Origin: an uncultured Gammaproteobacteria bacterium
GTDB taxonomy: Bacteria > Patescibacteriota > Patescibacteriia > SG8-24
NCBI GenBank assembly: GCA_964491475.1
Contig: CAZBFO010000001.1
Coordinates: 189,265-253,264 of the forward strand
Reading direction: 5' to 3'
Length of the DNA stretch: 64,000 nucleotides
Below are positions 49,954 to 57,857 of this stretch, piece after piece. Every line of letters starts with the position of its first letter. Position 1 is the stretch's first letter. A program made the position numbers and the translations under genes. The notes below the pieces were generated by a model. It did not search any database, was not told where the DNA came from, and saw nothing but the letters and a program-made list of their open reading frames with translations.

Positions 49954-50550
49954 TTAGCGCTTCGCCCACTGCGAGCTCTTGCGGGCCTTCTTGTGGCCGT
50001 ACTTTTTGCGTTCCTTCTCGCGGGGGTCGCGGGTCAGGTAGCCGAGCTTTTTGAGGGACTTGCGGTAGGCGGGGTTCAACTCGATCAGGGCGCGGGCGAT
50101 GCTGTGGCGGGCCGCTTCGGCCTGGCCGTGCATGCCGCCGCCGGAGACCTTGAGGTCGACGTTGGCAGCCATGGAACCGACGGCCTTGAGGGGCGCGGTC
50201 ACGGCTTCCTGGTGATCGTACACCGTGAAGTAGGTCTTGAAGGGCTTGCCGTTGACCTTGATTTCGCCGCCCATGTTGGGGAAAAGGCGGGCCTGCGCGA
50301 TCGAGGTCTTGCGACGACCGAGAGCGTAGACGTACTCGCCAGCGGGAAGCTTCCTCGAAGGTGGGAGGGCTTCGACCTCGGCAAACGCGCCGACGGCAGC
50401 GGACTCATCGGACGACTCGGCTTTGGCGACCGTCTCCTTGGCTTCCGCCTTCTTGGGAGCAGCGTGCTTGGCAGGAGCCTTGGCCGCGGCCTTGTGGGCG
50501 CGAGGCTTCTTCTCGGCTGCTTCCTCGGTATTTTTCTTGGCAGTCGTCAT
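49954..50550 (-). CDS. rpsI: 30S ribosomal protein S9 with Ala/Lys-rich N-terminal extension
   Basis: GRRKTSIA, GGGMHGQAEA.RH, LTRDPR.KERKKYG..KARK..QW.KR. Confidence 0.96.
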   Translation of the reverse strand: MTTAKKNTEEAAEKKPRAHKAAAKAPAKHAAPKKAEAKETVAKAESSDESAAVGAFAEVEALPPSRKLPAGEYVYALGRRKTSIAQARLFPNMGGEIKVNGKPFKTYFTVYDHQEAVTAPLKAVGSMAANVDLKVSGGGMHGQAEAARHSIARALIELNPAYRKSLKKLGYLTRDPREKERKKYGHKKARKSSQWAKR

Positions 50551-50552
50551 AG

Positions 50553-50921
50553 TTAGTCGTTCTTGATCGTGAGTCTCTTCATGCGGTCCTTGCGCTGGCT
50601 GTTCTTCGGGAGCATGGAGTAGACGGCGTGCTCGATGGCCTTGGCCGGGTTCTTGGCCATGACCTCCTTGAGCTGCGTCTTGCGCATGCCGCCCGGGTAA
50701 CCGGAGTAGGCGTAGAAATGCTTGCTGTCGAGCTTCTTGCCGGTGACCTTCACCTTGGCGGCGTTGCGGACTTCGACGATGTCTCCGCGGTCCTGATACT
50801 GCACGTAGTCCGTGCGGTTCTTACCCTGGAGCATCATGGCCACCTTGGTGGCGATGCGTCCGACGCTCTCCCCCGTCGCGTCGATGGTCGTGGTGTTGCG
50901 ATTGATGGGTTTGCGCGGCAT
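50553..50921 (-). CDS. rplM: 50S ribosomal protein L13
   Basis: IDATG..VGRIAT, L.GK, SGYPGG, AVYSMLPKN. Confidence 0.95.
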   Translation of the reverse strand: MPRKPINRNTTTIDATGESVGRIATKVAMMLQGKNRTDYVQYQDRGDIVEVRNAAKVKVTGKKLDSKHFYAYSGYPGGMRKTQLKEVMAKNPAKAIEHAVYSMLPKNSQRKDRMKRLTIKND

Positions 50922-50922
50922 A

Positions 50923-51273
50923 TCAGACAAGTTCAATCTGGACCATCTCGGCGCCATCGCCTTCGCGGCGAACGAGGTTAGTGATGCGGGTGTATCCGCC
51001 GGCGCGATCCTTGTAGCGGGGGCCAAGCTCTTCGATGACCTTCTTGGCAGCGTTCTCGCTGTAGAAGAACGAGGAGAGCTTGCGGCGTCCGACCAGTCCG
51101 CCGGCCTTGCCGGTAGTGATGGCGCGCTCGACGAGCGGGCACACCGCCTTGGCCTTGGCGCGGGTGGTCTTCACTTTTTCGAACAGGACGATGCTCGTCG
51201 CGAGGTTCCTAAGCAAGGCTTCGCGCGGGCCCTTCTTCCGATCGAGGATTTTTCCTGAATTTCGGTGGCGCAT
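50923..51273 (-). CDS. rplQ: 50S ribosomal protein L17
   Basis: MRHR, TTRAKAK, R.GGYTRI, R.GDGA. Confidence 0.96.
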   Translation of the reverse strand: MRHRNSGKILDRKKGPREALLRNLATSIVLFEKVKTTRAKAKAVCPLVERAITTGKAGGLVGRRKLSSFFYSENAAKKVIEELGPRYKDRAGGYTRITNLVRREGDGAEMVQIELV

Positions 51274-51320
51274 AATGTGAGCTAACTTGCTGGAACCGTA
51301 TCGTCCTTATCAGCGGTGGA

Positions 51321-52154
51321 TTACTTCTTAGCCTTCTTGGCGGCCTTCTTGGCCTTCTTGGGCTTTTCTTCGGACTCGCCTTCCTGCATCGGAGCTTCTT
51401 CCATTTCGGCCGGTGCTTCCGAGGAGGCCATCTCGGCTGCCGGCGCTTCGGTGACCGCGGCCTCCATGCCCATGGCGGCGACGAGGTTGAAGTGGTCGAG
51501 AATGATCTTGACCGACTGGTCGACCGCCTCGCGAGGAGTGATCGTGCCGTCCGTCTCGATGTTCATGAGGAGCTTGTCGAAGTTGGTGATCTGCCCGACG
51601 CGGACGTTCTCCACCTTGTAGCCCACTTCGCGAATAGGCGAATAAACGGCGTCGATGGCGATCATGCCCAGCTCCGGCTTCTCCTTGGAGCGCTCTTCGA
51701 CCGTGACGTAGCCGCGGCCGCGACCCACGAAGATCTCCATCTCGAACTCTGCCTTCTTGTCGGTGAGCGTCGCGATGTGGAGGTCGGGGTTGACCACCTC
51801 GACGTCGGCGTTGGCCTCGATGTCGGCGGCGGTAACGTTCTTCTCGCCCTTGGCCTTCAAGGTCAGGCGGACCGGCTCGTCGGAGAAGAGGCGGAAGCGC
51901 AGCGACTTGAGGTTCAGGATGAGCTCGAGCATGTCTTCCTGCACGCCCGGAATGGCGGAGAACTCATGCGAGGCACCCTTGATTTTGACGGCGGTGACGG
52001 CCGCGCCCGGAAGGGACGACAGCATGACACGGCGCATGGCGTTACCGAGCGTGGTTCCGTAGCCGTGCCAGCAGGGCTCCACGACGAGCGTGGCCTTGCG
52101 TGCATCTTCGCCGGGAATAAGCTCGATTTTCGACGGAAGCAAGATTTCTTCCAT
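51321..52154 (-). CDS. rpoA: RNA polymerase alpha subunit lacking the canonical CTD
   Basis: GYGTTLGNAMRRVMLSSLPGAA, HEFS, GRGY, VEN.RVGQ.TNFDKL; acidic then Lys-rich tail. Confidence 0.96.
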   Translation of the reverse strand: MEEILLPSKIELIPGEDARKATLVVEPCWHGYGTTLGNAMRRVMLSSLPGAAVTAVKIKGASHEFSAIPGVQEDMLELILNLKSLRFRLFSDEPVRLTLKAKGEKNVTAADIEANADVEVVNPDLHIATLTDKKAEFEMEIFVGRGRGYVTVEERSKEKPELGMIAIDAVYSPIREVGYKVENVRVGQITNFDKLLMNIETDGTITPREAVDQSVKIILDHFNLVAAMGMEAAVTEAPAAEMASSEAPAEMEEAPMQEGESEEKPKKAKKAAKKAKK

Positions 52155-52193
52155 AGGTGTTTCCTCCTTATTGAATGAGTTCTTCTCGTTTTT

Positions 52194-52823
52194 TTAGCGC
52201 GAGTAGAATTCGACGATCAGCTTCGGATCAAAGCTCTGCTTGAGCTCCTCGCCCTGCGGCTTGGTGAGCACCTTGCCCGTCATGGCGGCGGCATCGAGAT
52301 GCAGCCACTTGGGAGCCTGGTACTTTTCGAGGCGAGCGGTTTCATCCGCGAACAGCTTGCTCTTGGCGATGCGGCCGGAAAGGGTGATGACGTCTCCGAC
52401 CTTCACCTGGTACGACGGGATGGTCACCTTCTTGCCGTTGACGCGGATGTGGCCGTGGCCGGCAATCTGGCGGGCCAGCGCGCGTGACTTGGCGAATCCG
52501 AGGCGATAGATGACGTTGTCGAGGCGCATCTCCAGCATCTGGACCAGGAACTCTCCGGTGTTACCGACCTGGCGAGTGGCCTTGCTGAAGTAGTTGCCGA
52601 ACTGGCGCTCCATCAGGCCGTAGGTGTTCTTGGCCTTCTGCTTCTCGCGAAGCTGGATGCCGTACGGCGTCGGGCGGGTGCGCGAGGTGGGTCCGTGCTG
52701 GCCCGGTTTGAAGGGGCGGCGGGTCACCGGGCACTTGGGGGTAAAGCACTTGTCGCCCTTCAGGTAAAGCTTTTCACCCTCGCGGCGGCACTGCTTGCAT
52801 TTTGCTTCAAGTCTTCGTCCCAT
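52194..52823 (-). CDS. rpsD: 30S ribosomal protein S4
   Basis: CKQCRREG.KL.LKG.KC, QLREKQK, LE.RLDN, IVEFYSR. Confidence 0.97.
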   Translation of the reverse strand: MGRRLEAKCKQCRREGEKLYLKGDKCFTPKCPVTRRPFKPGQHGPTSRTRPTPYGIQLREKQKAKNTYGLMERQFGNYFSKATRQVGNTGEFLVQMLEMRLDNVIYRLGFAKSRALARQIAGHGHIRVNGKKVTIPSYQVKVGDVITLSGRIAKSKLFADETARLEKYQAPKWLHLDAAAMTGKVLTKPQGEELKQSFDPKLIVEFYSR

Positions 52824-52834
52824 AGGTGGAAATG

Positions 52835-53296
52835 CTAGACGCGGCGGGGTTTAGGGGCACGGCAGCCGTTGTGCGGAATAGGGGTGATGTCTTTGATGGA
52901 GGAAACGTTGAGGCCGTTGGCGTGGAAAGCGCGGACGGCGCCTTCGCGGCCCGAGCCGACGCCGCAGACGAAGACAGAGACTTCCTTGAGGCCGGACTCC
53001 TTCACCTTGTCGCAGACGTCCTTCACGATGAGGGAGGCGGCGTAAGGGGTGGACTTCTTGGGGCCCTTGAAGCCGACGACGCCGGCGCTGGACCAACCGA
53101 GCACGTTGCCGTTGTTGTCGGTCAGCGTGACGATGGTGTTGTTGTAGGTGGCCTGCACGTAAGCGCGGCCGATGCTGACCTGCTTCACGGCCTTCTTCTT
53201 GCCGCGGGGGCGAGTCGAGGACTTGGCGGCATCAGCGGCACCAGCTTCGGCGGTGACCGGAGCTGCTGCTTCAGTTTTGATCATTTCATCAGCCAT
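52835..53296 (-). CDS. rpsK: 30S ribosomal protein S11
   Basis: ATYNNTIVT, GFKG.KKSTPYAA, DITPIPHNGCR. Confidence 0.97.
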   Translation of the reverse strand: MADEMIKTEAAAPVTAEAGAADAAKSSTRPRGKKKAVKQVSIGRAYVQATYNNTIVTLTDNNGNVLGWSSAGVVGFKGPKKSTPYAASLIVKDVCDKVKESGLKEVSVFVCGVGSGREGAVRAFHANGLNVSSIKDITPIPHNGCRAPKPRRV

Positions 53297-53320
53297 ACGT
53301 CAGGTAAGAGACATCATTGA

Positions 53321-53704
53321 TTACTTCTTTTCGACCTTCGTGCGACCGGAGCCCATCGTGCGGCGGGTGTTGCCGCGAACGGTGCGGGAGTTGGTCTTGG
53401 TGCGCTGCCCGCGGACCGGAAGGCCCTTGGCGTGGCGCGAACCGCGGTAGCTGCCGATTTCCTTCAGGCGCTTGATGCTGGCCTGCTGGTCGCGGCGGAG
53501 TTCGCCTTCGACCTTGTAGTTCTTTTCGATCTCGTCGCGGAGCTGCTTTTCTTCCGTGGCGGAGAGGTCGGCGGAACGGGTGTCCTTGTCGATGCCGCAC
53601 TTTTCCAGAATCTCCTTGGATCGGGTCTTACCGATGCCGTAGATGTACTGGAGCGCGACTTCGATGCGCTTGTTCGGAAGGGTGATACCTGCGATACGGG
53701 CCAT
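53321..53704 (-). CDS. rpsM: 30S ribosomal protein S13
   Basis: [29 protein letters not shown]. Confidence 0.97.
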   Translation of the reverse strand: MARIAGITLPNKRIEVALQYIYGIGKTRSKEILEKCGIDKDTRSADLSATEEKQLRDEIEKNYKVEGELRRDQQASIKRLKEIGSYRGSRHAKGLPVRGQRTKTNSRTVRGNTRRTMGSGRTKVEKK

Positions 53705-53738
53705 AGTTTGTGTAGTGAATGATGGGAATGCTGCCGGA

Positions 53739-53852
53739 TCAACCTTGGCGCTGCTTGTGCTTCGCGGTCTTGCAGATCACGCGGAGACGGCCGTAGCGGC
53801 GGATGATTTTGCAGTTCATGCAGATTTTCTTCACTGAAGCGCGGACTTTCAT
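53739..53852 (-). CDS. rpmJ: 50S ribosomal protein L36 (absent from the ORF track)
   Basis: Manual translation [37 protein letters not shown]. Confidence 0.95.
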   Translation of the reverse strand: MKVRASVKKICMNCKIIRRYGRLRVICKTAKHKQRQG

Positions 53853-54006
53853 GTGGATTCCCGGGTTGCGACGGCGTAGTTAGTATGGACGGAAACTTCC
53901 GAAAGGAAGTTTCCCACAATGCCGGCTATAATAAAGAGTGGCGCCTTCTAAGGCGTAAGTAGTAACGAGCAATGCTCATTTCCTACCCGCGCAAGTACGT
54001 TGCGCT

Positions 54007-54255
54007 TCAGAAGCGGTAGACGATTCTACCCTTAGTCAAATCGTACGGAGTCATCTCCAGTTTGACCTCGTCGCCGGGAAGGAGACGAATGCGGTTCATT
54101 CGCATCTTTCCGGAGAGATGTCCCAGAATGGTCTGGCCACCCTCGAGACGGATCTTGAACGTTGCTGCAGGAAGACATTCTTCGACGACACCGTTCATTT
54201 CGATGAACCCTTTGGACACCGATTGCGCGTTGTCGTTAGAGGTGTTTCCTGCCAT
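54007..54255 (-). CDS. infA: Translation initiation factor IF-1
   Basis: [34 protein letters not shown]. Confidence 0.96.
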   Translation of the reverse strand: MAGNTSNDNAQSVSKGFIEMNGVVEECLPAATFKIRLEGGQTILGHLSGKMRMNRIRLLPGDEVKLEMTPYDLTKGRIVYRF

Positions 54256-54339
54256 AACGCCTTGAAGTGTACCGTGGACGATAAAAAATCGCAAGCCTAG
54301 GGCCTACGACTCTGCGGGACTTTTCCACAAAGCGTTGCC

Positions 54340-54367
54340 ATTGTAGCAGTCCCTGTTTATCTGTCAA
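54340..54367 (-). promoter_or_regulatory. Promoter of the infA-rpsI operon
   Basis: TTGACA-16 nt-TACAAT with TGn extension. Confidence 0.7.
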
Positions 54368-54494
54368 GGATTTTGGGGTGATAATTAAATCAGCCTTATT
54401 TTGACCTTTTCAACTCCTGCCTTTTGTACATTTTTAAGGCTAAAAAGTGCAAAAAATATGTCGTTTTTTTGGCTAAAATTAGCCATTTTTACTC

Positions 54495-54523
54495 TTGACA
54501 AAAAGGGCGTTTTGTGCTATACT
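54495..54523 (+). promoter_or_regulatory. Near-consensus sigma70 promoter for the 54577 orphan
   Basis: TTGACA-17 nt-TATACT with TGn extension. Confidence 0.8.
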
Positions 54524-54576
54524 CGTCTTAGGTCAGTAACGAAGCATACAACCAAGTCACACATTCGGAGGAATAC

Positions 54577-54918
54577 ATGCTCATTGCCATCGCCATCGCG
54601 TTCTGCCTCTGCCTGGTCGTCACGCTTGCGTTCGTTCCCGTGATGATGAACTCCGGCCAAATCAGCCGAGAGGAAGAGGTCAAGGAGGTCATCTACAACA
54701 AGACCCTGACCTTCAAGAACAAGATCATCATCGACGCCGAGTTCGAAGACTGCCTGGACAACCTCCCGGTCGTCCAACAGCCCTCGTCCGGCATCGTGCG
54801 CATCATGTCATCGTACGACCTGGACAACTTCCCGGTCGTTTACAAGCCTTCGTCCGGCACGGTACGCGTGTCGGCCTACAGCCCGCCCAGCGCTCGCAAG
54901 GTCAACCTCTTCGTCTGA
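54577..54918 (+). CDS. Small membrane-anchored hypothetical protein with an internal 22-aa-period repeat
   Basis: GGAGG RBS, N-terminal TM, LDNLPVVQQPSSGIVR / LDNFPVVYKPSSGTVR. Confidence 0.7.
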   Translation: MLIAIAIAFCLCLVVTLAFVPVMMNSGQISREEEVKEVIYNKTLTFKNKIIIDAEFEDCLDNLPVVQQPSSGIVRIMSSYDLDNFPVVYKPSSGTVRVSAYSPPSARKVNLFV

Positions 54919-54948
54919 AACGGACAACTCTCGCCAGGGAGCAAAAAA

Positions 54949-55134
54949 ATGAAGAACGAAAACGTTCACACCGCAGAGACCGTTCGTCCGCCCGCCGGCT
55001 ACCCCAACGACATGCCGACCATGCGGCCGGAAGCGCCCTTCGTCGAGTTCGGCGAAGTACAGCTCGAGAAGCCCGAGCCCACCCTGGCCGAGCAGTCGGC
55101 CGCCCAGCTCAAGCGCCTCGAACAGCGCAAGTAA
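54949..55134 (+). CDS. Small hypothetical protein
   Basis: GGGAG RBS, host codon usage, terminator at 55143-55173. Confidence 0.6.
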   Translation: MKNENVHTAETVRPPAGYPNDMPTMRPEAPFVEFGEVQLEKPEPTLAEQSAAQLKRLEQRK

Positions 55135-55280
55135 CCTCTCTCAAAACGGCCTCCCACTTGGTGAGGCCGTTTTACGTTGCGGCTTTTTTGCCGCCCATGC
55201 TAGGGTGGAATATCTTCGCTTCGTGCGAAGGCGTTCTTTTTTGCGCCGGCCAGCAAGGGCCAACCAAGGAGATCTGGGTC

Positions 55281-56012
55281 ATGCATGATATCTGTCACGA
55301 TATCAATATCGCGGAAATCCGACTTTCCGATGAACAACAGTTCCAAAAGCACGTGTCCAAGGACAAGATCAGCTTCAACTGGGAGTCGATACCGGCGGTA
55401 GGATTCGCGGGCCTGATACTTTCCATCGCGCTGTTCGTGCTCGCGAAGTGCTTCTGGGAAGCGCAGATCGACATCCTCCTCACCCTGATCACGGGCGGCG
55501 GTGTCGGCACGGCGCTCGGCATCTTGAATGAACGTCGCAGGCTCAAGCTGATTCCCGACGAGGAAAAACGATGGCATGCCGACTACGTCGCGGTTTGCGA
55601 CGACATCGAACGGTTCAGCGAACGCCTGGAGGCTTTTCGGAAACTGGCCAAGACGATCGAACGGACGCACGAGATCGATGCAACGCTCACCGACAGGTAC
55701 TTGGCGGAACGCAATGAGCTGGCCCGTCGACTCCGCGTGTTCCTCCGTGTCCTGGCGCTCAAGCACTACGAAGCGGTGGTCGCCAAGAACACCGACGGTC
55801 GCTTCCGCGATACCCGCGACGTGAGCGAACAGGTGTTCGCCAATCGCGTACGCGTGGCCGAGGGTGAAGCGGAAATCGAGAAGCTCCTGGCCAAGGACCG
55901 CTCGCCGAACGAGGCGGAGTTCCGAAGGCTGGAGGCGCAAAGCGGCGGCGACGCCGAGCGCGAAGACGAACCGGTCGCATCGGTGCGCACGTTGCGGGCC
56001 CACGGCGACTAG
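55281..56012 (+). CDS. Two-TM plus coiled-coil hypothetical protein, paralog 1 of 3
   Basis: AAGGAG RBS; RRRLKLIPDEEKRWH...ERFSERLEAF...RYLAER. Confidence 0.7.
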   Translation: MHDICHDINIAEIRLSDEQQFQKHVSKDKISFNWESIPAVGFAGLILSIALFVLAKCFWEAQIDILLTLITGGGVGTALGILNERRRLKLIPDEEKRWHADYVAVCDDIERFSERLEAFRKLAKTIERTHEIDATLTDRYLAERNELARRLRVFLRVLALKHYEAVVAKNTDGRFRDTRDVSEQVFANRVRVAEGEAEIEKLLAKDRSPNEAEFRRLEAQSGGDAEREDEPVASVRTLRAHGD

Positions 56013-56175
56013 GCGACGAGAAGATGCGTAAGGACCTCTCTACTACGACGGTCCTTTTTTATTTTCTCACTATCAAACGGGCGCTTGCCGCTGATTGACT
56101 CCCCCGCCGTTCTGGGCTAGGTTGGAAATCCTGTAGCGTTTCGACGCAACGGGAGCACAGATACGGAGCAATAAG

Positions 56176-56901
56176 ATGCAGTCTACGTACAGGGAAAGCG
56201 CCGTGACGGTCGGAGAAATCGAACCGTTCGCGAGGAACGACGGTGAACGCGTCGAACGATGGCAGCAGACGCAGCGCTCGATGAACGCCATCGAGGAGTG
56301 CCGGCCGGTACGGGTGAGCGACTGGTTCTGGGAATGCAGCAGTCTGGGCGTGTTCCTGACGGCGCTGACCGTTCTTATCTCGCTTCCAGCTGCCGTTCTC
56401 CTGGATGTGAGCCTGAAGCCCAGTGCCATGCAGTGGCTCATCATCGGTGGCGCCGCGCTTGCATTCCTGCTGACGGCTAACGTCCTCCTCTCTCGCCGGC
56501 ACTGTCGCCGAAAGCGGCTTGCCGCCTTGAAGGAGATCGCTCCCGAAGAGCTCGCCTGGCATCACCGAACGGTCGAGATCAACGATCTGCTGGGGAAGTT
56601 CGACAGCCGCCTCGAAGCGCTGAAGGACTATGACGCGAACGCGGAGAAGGGTTACGGCGTCAGCCCCTCGGATGCCGCCAGATGCGCAACCGAGCGCGCG
56701 GTTTTGGATGCCCGAAGGCGCGCCCTCGGACGCGAGGAAGCCATCAGAAAACTGAAGGCGTCGGGCTACTACGGCATGGTCGAACTGTTCGCCGAAAAAG
56801 AAGTGGAAGAGAGGAAGCGCGTTGACACGCGGCTCATCGACCACGGCGTGGACGGGACGGACTTCACCGTCGCCGATTACCGGAACAGATGGCAGGGATG
56901 A
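56176..56901 (+). CDS. Two-TM plus coiled-coil hypothetical protein, paralog 2 of 3
   Basis: GGAG RBS; IAPEELAWH...KFDSRLEAL..YDANAEKG. Confidence 0.7.
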   Translation: MQSTYRESAVTVGEIEPFARNDGERVERWQQTQRSMNAIEECRPVRVSDWFWECSSLGVFLTALTVLISLPAAVLLDVSLKPSAMQWLIIGGAALAFLLTANVLLSRRHCRRKRLAALKEIAPEELAWHHRTVEINDLLGKFDSRLEALKDYDANAEKGYGVSPSDAARCATERAVLDARRRALGREEAIRKLKASGYYGMVELFAEKEVEERKRVDTRLIDHGVDGTDFTVADYRNRWQG

Positions 56902-57025
56902 CGAAACCCCCGCGGCTCTTGCCGACGGGGGTATTTTTTTGCGTGAGCGGGGCGGGACGGTCAGCGTTGACCCAGCGGCACAAAACTGCTACGTTCGGAC
57001 AGCCAGAAGCAAGGAGTCCTTTTTC

Positions 57026-57787
57026 ATGGCGACGAACATCATGGCTGTCAGGCGATTCATCTTGGACCGGTACGTCAACGAGTACGGGGCCAAAGACTTT
57101 CGCTGGTTTGAGGAACGGCGAGAAAAGTGGCTTAAGGAGAGCCAAGAAGCGAACATCAAGCAGGTGGACGGTTACGAAACGGCGTCCATCGCCCGGCTGG
57201 TGGCGGCGATAATCGGCGGTTTCGTCTTGCTCCTGGCCGGGGCGGCAGGCACCGCCACGCACCTGCTGCCCATGGTCGCGTATGCTGCGGCGCTCATCTG
57301 CATGCTGCTGTGCACGCTGCGCATCAGCCGCCTGCGAAGCTCGGAACGCCGCAGGATCGCCGCCATTCCGGCGCCGCGCCGCGAGTGGCACGAGCGGCTG
57401 GTAGCGCTCATGGCCAGGGTCGAGGCGTTCAATTCGCGTCTGCACGCCTTCCAGCTGTATGCCGCCAACGCGGAGTCGGGCCAGGAGGTCGACCCTGCGG
57501 TGGTCGAAAAGTACGCCGCGGAACGGCAGGAGCTCGTCAACCTCGAGTGCAAGCTGATGCGCGACCATGCGACCATGGAGTTCGACGCTGCCAACGCCGA
57601 AGACGGCGGCAGCTTCCGCGAAACGCGCGACCTCTCCGACGCCATCTTCATGAACAAGGTGCGTTACGCGGCGGAAGACGGGCAGCCGGCCGGTTCGGTC
57701 ACCGAACTCCCTCCCGACGAACGCTTCCGAGCCTTCGACGAGGCGGCGGATCGGGAATCTGCATCCACGAAAAACCACGCGGGCTGA
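57026..57787 (+). CDS. Two-TM plus coiled-coil hypothetical protein, paralog 3 of 3
   Basis: AAGGAG RBS; RRRIAAIPAPRREWH...AFNSRLHAF..YAANAESG...KYAAER. Confidence 0.7.
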   Translation: MATNIMAVRRFILDRYVNEYGAKDFRWFEERREKWLKESQEANIKQVDGYETASIARLVAAIIGGFVLLLAGAAGTATHLLPMVAYAAALICMLLCTLRISRLRSSERRRIAAIPAPRREWHERLVALMARVEAFNSRLHAFQLYAANAESGQEVDPAVVEKYAAERQELVNLECKLMRDHATMEFDAANAEDGGSFRETRDLSDAIFMNKVRYAAEDGQPAGSVTELPPDERFRAFDEAADRESASTKNHAG

Positions 57788-57857
57788 AATGCCCGAAAAC
57801 GAAAGACCCCCGCGCTTGCGGAGGTCCTTTTTTATCGTCTTTATTTATCGTCGTCCT

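Noticed and set aside
54754-54867. DGR template/variable repeat pair
   Set aside because: Differences are not adenine-specific, both copies are in one ORF, and no reverse transcriptase is in the window.
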